From: Ascoidea asiatica JCM 7603
Lineage: Eukaryota; Fungi; Ascomycota
Length of the DNA: 6,753 nucleotides
Direction of reading: 5' to 3'
Assembly: GCA_001600695.1 (NCBI GenBank)
Contig: BCKQ01000001.1
Coordinates: forward strand, 1,938,341-1,945,093
The notes beneath the pieces were generated by a model. It saw only the letters and a list, made by a program, of their open reading frames with translations, was not told the origin of the DNA and did not search any database. The first letter of the stretch is position 1; every line of letters starts with the position of its first letter. Below, one piece after another: positions 1-6,753 of the stretch. A program made the translations under genes and the position numbers.

Positions 1-612
1 AACTATCGAGAATTCTCTGGAATTCCCAAAAGTGCTAGGATTCCTGTGTAGAATCAGGGTGGGAATCAAGTTTACCTTGTAAAAAGGGTTGAAAACCTGA
101 TTAGAAATCAATTGAGATTCACATTTCAATTTTACCATAGTAAAGCCAATCAGCCCACTTTCCTGTGGGGTAGACAACCAAACTAATTGCCCGGAATAAT
201 CTTTAATCCCGAAGCCCGGACTCGGAATAGATTCTTAGGGGAGTAGCTCTACTAGTCTCCCGTTTACTCAGAGACAATACGCAGCTGAGAATTATACCTT
301 ATCTCGCATGAAACTAGGCTTAGTCAATCTAACCTTACAGAAGGCGTCCCTGCCTGGATCCGCTTGGCCTTGCTGATTTAACATCTATCCCGATAGACGC
401 TGAATTGTAACTCCTCTTTTATTCTCCGCGTACCGAGTGGCTTAGTTTTAGTATGCTCTTAGAGGTTCTACGACTATGGCTGGACGAATCTGAAACTCTT
501 GTCTGCTTTGTACGCTATAGCTGAAGCACAGATGACCTATGTCGTGTGACTAGAATATCACATGATATCTGGCTATCTGTGCACCTGCACAGAGGCTCAA
601 GCAATGTCATGT

Positions 613-849
613 GAATTGATCTATTCTTCATGCAACTTAATGCAACTTAATGCAGCTTTATGCAACAATATGTATATTTATGCCTAATTATGCATCTCTA
701 TGCTTAATTATACATAGTGTACACAAATTATTGTATAATACATAATTCTTTTACGTTTACTAGAGATACGTGTCTTTTAGATCCTCACCACCTATGGTGT
801 AAGTACTAATATATGCCAGAGCATATGTAGATCTCTATTATTTCCAACA
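613..849 (-). mobile_element. LTR-like repeat end, copy 1 (TGTTGG-start family)
   Basis: Minus strand begins TGTTGGAAATAATAGAGATC at 849. TGTTG(G) is the typical Ty1/copia LTR terminus. The boundary is sharp and shared by three copies with unrelated flanks. No matching distal CAACA end or TSD identified. Confidence 0.55.
630..719 (+). repeat. Degenerate 10-bp tandem array (ATGCnnnnTT-like, ~9 units)
   Basis: atgcaactta atgcaactta atgcagcttt atgcaacaat atgtatattt atgcctaatt atgcatctct atgcttaatt atacatagtg. The same phasing is visible at ~3930-3990 and ~6045-6125. Confidence 0.85.
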
Positions 850-2195
850 TTATTAACATTCGAAAGAAGGAAACAGTTGTTTCCTTCAGAAAATGAAGTA
901 GTTGATGATGGAGTTTCAGCAGTGTTTCCATTATGTTTGTATGCATGGCTGTTAGTATCATTATATGGTATTGAATTATGATTTTGTGAACCAGAAGATT
1001 GTTGATCATTATTCTTTCATGAATTTGAGTTGATATTATTATTTTTAGGAGAGTCTTCATTTTTACCGCTAATTATTTTATTTGATTTATTACATGATAT
1101 ATTACCGTTGTTTATGTGTTCATCAAACGTATGTTTTGCTTGACAACCACGACAATAAGGGTTAGAACCTTTGAAAGATTTTTTGTTGTTACCATTACTT
1201 TTATTTGAAATACGAGAATCATTATTATTCGAGGATTGTTTATGATTAACAGTGTTAGAAACATGGCTTTTAGGTCTTTCGTTAACAAATATAACAACAT
1301 TAGCATTAGCATTATTATTATGTTGTGGTATGTTGTCATGTTTATGGTTAATCATTTTAATAATTGATTCAAATTTAAGACCTTTTTCATTGTCAATTAA
1401 TTGAAGCAAATATCTTCCAAGTTGTTTTTCCAATCCTGGGAACCTTGACCATTCATGTTTCATTCTGATTCTTACATACATAGTTTCCCATGCTGTAGCA
1501 GGATCTCAAAAGGTTTTCTCAAATTCTTTGGATCCATAATTAAGACTATGAAGTATTTGATGAAAGTTTGTATCTTTTTCAAAATCTATTCCATTAAGTC
1601 TTTGTAGGGAATCTGGAAAGATTTTACCATCTGGAACCATTGAATTTAATTCATTCCAGATTTTGAAAGATGATTTGTTTCTCCAAAGGTTTGCTTGTGC
1701 CCTGGGAACATTATCACGAAATGTTGATGATAATGCTTTGTCAAGTTCCTTAAAATAATAAACTGTTGTTGGAATATCATCAGCAAATAAGAAGTGAGAG
1801 AAATTTGTCATAATTAAATTGATATCAATAGCATAAGGAATTTGTACCAATTTAGATAGATCTCCATCCCCTTGAATTTCATATTCGAGTTGTTCTTTTT
1901 GAATAGAAAATTGATGCCTTGTAGGATCAACGGTATATTTCTTTGAAATATTTTTAACTTGAATACGCTCCGGATCAACGACTTGAATTGCACCTTGAAT
2001 TCTAGAATACATTATTGTAAAGTTTGTAGCAGTTGTAGCAGGTATATGATCAAGAAAATTTGTATGATCAGTTGTTCTTGTGCTAGCAATACTTGAAGAT
2101 TCAAATAGGTTGTTAGAATTAGAAGTTTCCGAATCCGATTCTGAATGAGATGAAGTAGATGAATTTGGCTGTAAAGGTAAACCAAATTTTGCCAT
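792..2195 (-). pseudogene. Gag-like retroelement nucleic-acid-binding protein; 467 codons with two internal TGA (pseudogene in the standard code, intact if UGA=Trp)
   Basis: Listed ORFs 1506-2195 and 1017-1481 are in the same frame, joined by TGA + DPATAWET. The frame continues past the TGA at 1017-1019 (KNNDQQSSGSQNHNS...EGNNCFLLSNVNN) to TAG at 792-794. Ser-rich N-terminus, globular middle, Asn/Lys-rich C-terminus with CRGCQAKHTFDEH (C-x2-C-x3-H-x4-H, 1116-1154). Gag identity is inferred from architecture, not a database hit. Confidence 0.6.
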
Positions 2196-2199
2196 ATAG

Positions 2200-2900
2200 A
2201 TATTGCCTTTAAATGCAATAATGAAAACTAATTAAAGTAAAATTAAAGTAAAAGATCAGTACTTAAAGCTTTGATACAATGAATAAAAAAAACTGGAAGA
2301 TCAGGGAAATAGAAATAAGAAAACTTATTTCTAGATTTTTAAAGTTTACTTTAACTGATTTCCAAACAAATGTTTGAGTAAGTTGAAATTGATAATGTTG
2401 CTACAAATATGAAATCAAATTTCAAAAATCAGCTTAAAATTGATATTAAATTAATATCAACTTATAATGTATTTTTTGAAACTAGAATTATATTAATTTT
2501 ATTTTATTACTGTTTTAAAAACTATTCTAATTTTGAATTTTGATTTGCAATTAAATTTAATTTTAAATATAAGTTTAAATAGTGAAACTTAATTGTTTTA
2601 GAAATAATAAAATTTAATTGGATTTATTTAGTTTTGCAATGATTTTAAACAAAAAATATATTTAAAATTTTGAAAAGTTCATGAAATAAAAAAATAGCTT
2701 TAGTTTTAATTATTTTATTAACAGAAAAATTACTAATAAACAAGCTGTTTAATTGATTATACCACTATTGCTAATTCAATTGTTTTTTCTAATTTCTTTT
2801 TGATTTTGATAAGTATTTATAACAATTGTTAAATCACCTATTAGAAAGTTTAGTTTGCTTTAAAAGATATTATCCGTTTTGTTAATATAGTTTAATTATT
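2200..2900. other. Extremely AT-rich non-coding core
   Basis: Visibly dominated by A/T runs, almost no CG dinucleotides, and no listed ORF begins between 2219 and 4367. Confidence 0.8.
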
Positions 2901-3057
2901 AGAAAAGTGCTTTCAGAACTCCACATAGACGCAAAAGATGTAAGTTGCAGAAAACTATTTTCAATATGAGCAACATTTATGATCAAGCAAGAATCTAATA
3001 GTAAAACTATTTGGTTTGTATAGCTAAATATCTCTATCAGCAAAATAAACCTATAAC

Positions 3058-3251
3058 TGTCACAGGTTTACCCTGTGTAGCTCGTTGGTGGAGTATATAG
3101 TTAAACCTGTACTGAACCTAAGAGACTTTATGGGGTGTCTTTAGTAAAAAGGTAGGGTAACTAAGCAACTTTTGAGGTGTATTTGGCAAAAATAGGTTGT
3201 TAATATCAGAATTTTTGTAGTGTATTTAGCGAAAAGTGGGTTGCCCTTACA
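3058..3251. mobile_element. Short solo-LTR-like island (TGTCACAGG...CCCTTACA)
   Basis: GC-richer 194-bp island in AT-rich DNA, bounded by TGT and ACA (minus strand starts TGTAAGGG, a common Ty3/gypsy-type LTR end). No clean TSD (ATAAC vs ATATA). Confidence 0.45.
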
Positions 3252-3656
3252 ATATAAAATTTTTGAAATTTTTTTGAATTTTTAGCATTTTTGGAATTTT
3301 GGAAATTGTTATTTTTTTTTTAATTTTAAAATATTATTTCAAAATTTGTTGATTTATATATATTAATATATAAAATCTATTTAAAGAGAAATTGACAGAG
3401 GTTGTGTTGGATTTCTTTAAATCAGAACAAAATTTTTATTATAAAAATTTATCCCAGCAAAGAATATAGCAGCACTAGCAGCCAACCACCTTTCTCTCAT
3501 TGAATTCCACTGAATACTTTTGATTGAATTGTTGTAAACAGTTGGCAATCAGAGAAGAAAAAAAAAAAAGTTTTTTTAAAAATCAATTGAAATTTGAAGA
3601 AAACTGAGAATAATTTTTGATTTGAAGAACCGTTCTTCAACATTATCTTATGATAT

Positions 3657-4126
3657 TGTTGTTTTAATATTAAGTTAGGTTGTGCTCATAACTTATAAGT
3701 TCAGATTAAAGAAGTCTTTGATCTCTTTGCCTCGAGGAAGAGAGAAGAAAGGTATCTTTGTGTATTTATATATAAAGAATTAAGGGAGAGTTTAGGACTC
3801 AAACTTGGTGAAATCACGAATAAGATACGGCGGTCTAAGAGGGTAATGTCATACAGTGTGTGACACAATGAGTGACATTCCCCTTAAAGCCTAATATCTT
3901 AACGGAATTGATGTATTATGCATTCATCTTAATTCAAGATTATCCAACAATATGTATATTTATACCAAATTATCCATCTCTATGCATAATTGACCATAAT
4001 GTATACGTATTATAGTGAGATTCATGATTCTGCTAGGGCCAGTATATGTGTGTTTCAGGCCTTAAGTGCCTATATGTAAGCCCCAATATATGCCCTAGAA
4101 TATTTAGATCTCTCTTAGTTTGAACA
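3657..4126 (-). mobile_element. Possible complete solo LTR (~470 bp) containing the third repeat copy
   Basis: Minus strand runs TGTTC...(4126) to ...CAACA (3657), with TATATAAA (~3765-3772) followed by a CT-rich tract as in U3/R regions. The flanks (GATAT / ATAAT) do not form a TSD, so the 3657 end is uncertain. Confidence 0.4.
3905..4126 (-). repeat. Third, more diverged copy of the inner-arm repeat (same orientation as left arm)
   Basis: Collinear shared blocks with 613-849: GAATTGAT, CAACAATATGTATATTTAT, AATTAT.CATCTCTATGC, AATATATGCC, TAGATCTCT and terminal AACA. Minus strand begins TGTTCAAACTAAGAGAGATC. Confidence 0.9.
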
Positions 4127-4423
4127 ATAATGACTGATGAGAGCTTTTTTGATTTGAAGTTTAGGAATAAGGGTGATGACCAGCTTTTTGATAATTATTA
4201 TTATTAGTATGTTTATACGGATCTCTTGTGGAAGATCTTTTTACATGTATATATTAAATCCAGCAAATCGTCGCTTTTAAGATGAGCCTATTGCTCTTTA
4301 ACCACGTCATTTATTATAACTATTAATAATATTAGTCTTATCATTAGAATTTGAATTAGATCTTCACCTATTGGGTTTGATTTCTATTTCCTACTAGGAT
4401 TTGATTAAAACTATCATTACCTC

Positions 4424-4447
4424 TATTATTATTATTATTATTATTAA

Positions 4448-4519
<72 letters not shown>
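4424..4519. repeat. (TAT)n/(AAT)n microsatellite, ~32 units with one interruption at 4447
   Basis: Directly visible trinucleotide run. Confidence 0.98.
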
Positions 4520-4530
4520 CATCATTTCCA

Positions 4531-5378
4531 CTAAAGAAATATACATGATATCCATTTATCACAGTAAGCAACATTTTGTTGGAAAATATAAATAATTCTT
4601 TCCTTAAGATCGAAGAGTAAGTCTTTGTCATTAATAAATGAGTAACCAAAAAAAGTTGTTCTAACTTGTTTTTCATTCTCTATATCCTGAATGAAAAAAC
4701 CTTAGGAGAATAACTGTTTGAAAATTCTGATTTTCTTCAGCTTCAGTTAAACGAAAATTGATTCTTTTTCTGTATCAAGAGTCATAGAATAAGATGTATC
4801 TAAAGCATACTCAAAAAGGATTCAAAATCTTTGCATTACGACATTTATGTTGGAAATAATGATTTATTAAACTACCTCCATTCAATTGACAAATGCAATA
4901 AGGGTTAATAGCTTCTCGCAGTACTTTTGTAGACTTAGTTAGAGCTGCAAACTTCAATTTGAACGTTCAGCTAAATAATAACCAAGGTTTGGTTAAATTG
5001 AAAATTCTTTTACCTTTAATTCCTGGCACCTCACCCACTTTGAAGACTTTGACAGCTTCTTCAACATCAAGACCACATTTCATTCTAGTTCGTATTGTTA
5101 GACCGTTGAATCGTGTTAAATAACTGTAGGGATCTTTAAGTTTTTCATGAATCGTTGAATAATTTAAAGTTGTAGTAGGATAATTTTTGTTTGAAAAATT
5201 GAATTTAATTGTTCTGGGCCTGTAGACTAACATGAATTTGACAAATTAGTTCATGCTTATTGTTTTTCATTGTTTCTGGAATCGGTTCTGTATGATTGGA
5301 CCAATAAAATTAAAGACACTGTTATCAATTTTCTTAGTTTCATAATTTGGTTCAGGTTGATCCTTTTTATAGGATGTA
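4531..5378 (-). pseudogene. Decayed coding frame resembling the C-terminus of a non-LTR (L1-like) retrotransposon ORF2
   Basis: The frame of ORF 4967-5233 extends upstream (YKKDQPEPNYETKKIDNSVF...) and downstream through TGA codons: ...NPYCICQLNGGSLINHYFQHKCRNAKILNPF*VCFRYILFYDS*YRKRINF... The C-x-C-x9-H-x5-C motif at 4841-4897 recalls the LINE C-terminal CCHC (zf-RVT-like) motif. A probable frameshift near 4702 leads into GFFIQDIENEKQVR...KWISCIFL-TAG (4531-4533). Confidence 0.5.
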
Positions 5379-5614
5379 TTTTATTTTTAGGTGGTAGTTA
5401 AACAATATTTTCGAATGTTGAAGTTGATTTTCGAAAACATTCATATATTTTAAACTTTCTTTGATTACTTAAATTTAATTATGATACTACATTAAGTAAG
5501 AATTATTATTAATAGGAAAAATATTTATCTTGAAAGTGTTAATCTGTTGAAACCGATGAACTGGGGTTTTTAGAGATTTGATTTCTTAATATGCAGAATA
5601 CAACAACAATAGGT

Positions 5615-5914
5615 TGTAAGGCGGAACCTTAGTCACCCTTAAAGGTCTGTGTGCATGATGGTAGCCGTTACTGGAGAGAATACTCAAGTGAGTAGGTAGG
5701 GTGGATTTTGAGGATTACGGGTTACACCCTGCAGCGAGTTCATTAAATGACTCCTCTTTTACAATTCACCAAGGAACCACTATATGGAGTATATCGGCAG
5801 ATCTTTCCGAACGTAGGTTTTAAAAATGATCCTAACTAAGGCAAACATTATCTCTTACTAAACCACCTTAATTCAGAAGTATTCTACATATATTGGCAAT
5901 TTTCGACTATAGCT
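5615..5914 (+). mobile_element. Truncated LTR-like remnant abutting the right arm
   Basis: Composition shifts from AT-rich to mixed at TGTAAGGCGGAACC (5615). The segment has no listed ORF and ends at the TGTTGG start of the right arm. Confidence 0.3.
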
Positions 5915-6141
5915 TGTTGGAAATAATAGAGATCCATATATGCTAGTCCATATAGTGGTAGTAACACCATAGGTGGTGAAGGTCTAAAACACACGCACCT
6001 ATAGTAGACGTAACAGAGTTATGTATTACACAATAATGTGTGTACGCTATGTATAATTTTGCATCGAGATACATAATTAGGCACTAATATACATATTGTT
6101 GCCTAAAGTGGCAATAAGTTGGGTGGGGAATACATCAATTC
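5915..6141 (+). mobile_element. LTR-like repeat end, copy 2
   Basis: ~83% identical to copy 1 in opposite orientation; starts TGTTGGAAATAATAGAGATC. Confidence 0.55.
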
Positions 6142-6753
6142 ACATGACATTGCTTCAGCCTCTGTGCAGGTGCACAGATAGCCAGATATCATGTGATATT
6201 CTAGTCACACGACATAGGTCATCTGTGCTTCAGCTATAGCGTACAAAGCAGACAAGAGTTTCAGATTCGTCCAGCCATAGTCGTAGAACCTCTAAGAGCA
6301 TACTAAAACTAAGCCACTCGGTACGCGGAGAATAAAAGAGGAGTTACAATTCAGCGTCTATCGGGATAGATGTTAAATCAGCAAGGCCAAGCGGATCCAG
6401 GCAGGGACGCCTTCTGGAAGGTTAGATTGACTAAGCCTAGTTTCATGCGAGATAAGGTATAATTCTCAGCTGCGTATTGTCTCTGAGTAAACGGGAGACT
6501 AGTAGAGCTACTCCCCTAAGAATCTATTCCGAGTCCGGGCTTCGGGATTAAAGATTATTCCGGGCAATTAGTTTGGTTGTCTACCCCACAGGAAAGTGGG
6601 CTGATTGGCTTTACTATGGTAAAATTGAAATGTGAATCTCAATTGATTTCTAATCAGGTTTTCAACCCTTTTTACAAGGTAAACTTGATTCCCACCCTGA
6701 TTCTACACAGGAATCCTAGCACTTTTGGGAATTCCAGAGAATTCTCGATAGTT
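5915..6753. repeat. Right arm of window-spanning inverted repeat
   Basis: Reverse complement of 1-849. Begins TGTTGGAAATAATAGAGATC at 5915 and ends ...GAGAATTCTCGATAGTT, the exact complement of the window start. Confidence 0.98.

Larger units (their letters stand above)
1..849. repeat. Left arm of window-spanning inverted repeat (outer 1-620 near-perfect, inner 621-849 diverged)
   Basis: Manual alignment to the reverse complement of 5915-6753: positions 1-620 pair with 6753-6134 with mismatches only at 337/6417 and 598/6156 and no indels. 621-849 pairs with 6133-5915 with ~37 mismatches in 219 aligned nt plus one 10-bp indel. Homology stops abruptly after ...TTTCCAACA (849). Confidence 0.98.

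Noticed and set aside
8-26. Heat-shock element or cloning-linker EcoRI sites
   Set aside because: Spacing does not fit nGAAnnTTCn, and no other polylinker or vector sequence is recognisable.
630-719. CRISPR array or plasmid iterons
   Set aside because: Units are 10 bp, degenerate and spacer-less, with no cas or rep gene, and the context looks eukaryotic.
806-1339. Listed ORFs 806-1060 and 1112-1339
   Set aside because: Ile/Met/Leu-rich alternate-frame shadows of the Asn-rich Gag-like frame.
2012-2218. Listed 68-aa ORF
   Set aside because: Out-of-frame shadow overlapping the Ser-rich start of the longer frame.
4135-4192. Two TGATGA..AGCTTTTT words resembling snoRNA box C
   Set aside because: No downstream box D (CTGA) or terminal stem at a suitable distance; more likely a small local duplication.
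4368-4676. Poly-Asn ORF (4368-4676, -) and poly-Ile ORF (4401-4595, +)
   Set aside because: Both are kept open largely by the microsatellite; there is no independent sign of coding function.
4848-4860. TGTTGGAAATAAT identical to the first 13 nt of the LTR-like repeat
   Set aside because: Similarity does not extend further, and the word lies within codons of the Cys/His motif on the other strand; likely chance in AT-rich DNA.
1-6753. Densovirus, bidnavirus, Polinton or yeast linear plasmid genome (size and ITRs fit)
   Set aside because: No NS1/SF3 helicase, protein-primed PolB, capsid or RNA polymerase frame is visible, and coding density is far too low.
1-6753. DIRS-type retrotransposon (inverted LTRs plus internal complementary region)
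   Set aside because: No RT/RNase H or tyrosine recombinase frame was found, and the internal copy matches the inner ends of the arms rather than the outer termini.

Overview
AT-rich, gene-poor, eukaryote-like DNA (most like a yeast/fungal or protist repeat region; no prokaryotic operon, RNA gene, CRISPR array or intact replicase/transposase is visible). The window is bracketed by a long inverted repeat, 1-849 vs 5915-6753. The outer 620 bp of the arms are almost identical (2 mismatches by manual alignment), while the inner ~230 bp are ~83% identical. The inner segment begins TGTTGGAAATAAT like an LTR end, carries a 10-bp-periodic array, and has a third, more diverged copy at 3905-4126. Between the arms lie a minus-strand Gag-like frame (2195->792) interrupted only by two TGA codons, an extremely AT-rich core (~2200-3650) with a TG...CA solo-LTR-like island, and a decayed minus-strand frame (~5378->4531) with a LINE-type Cys/His motif ending just before an (AAT)n tract. 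Six of the seven internal in-frame stops are TGA, suggesting UGA=Trp decoding or a strongly biased mutational process. The architecture resembles an inverted-repeat centromere or invertible segment built from retroelement debris, or a TIR-bounded non-autonomous element; these interpretations are inference.
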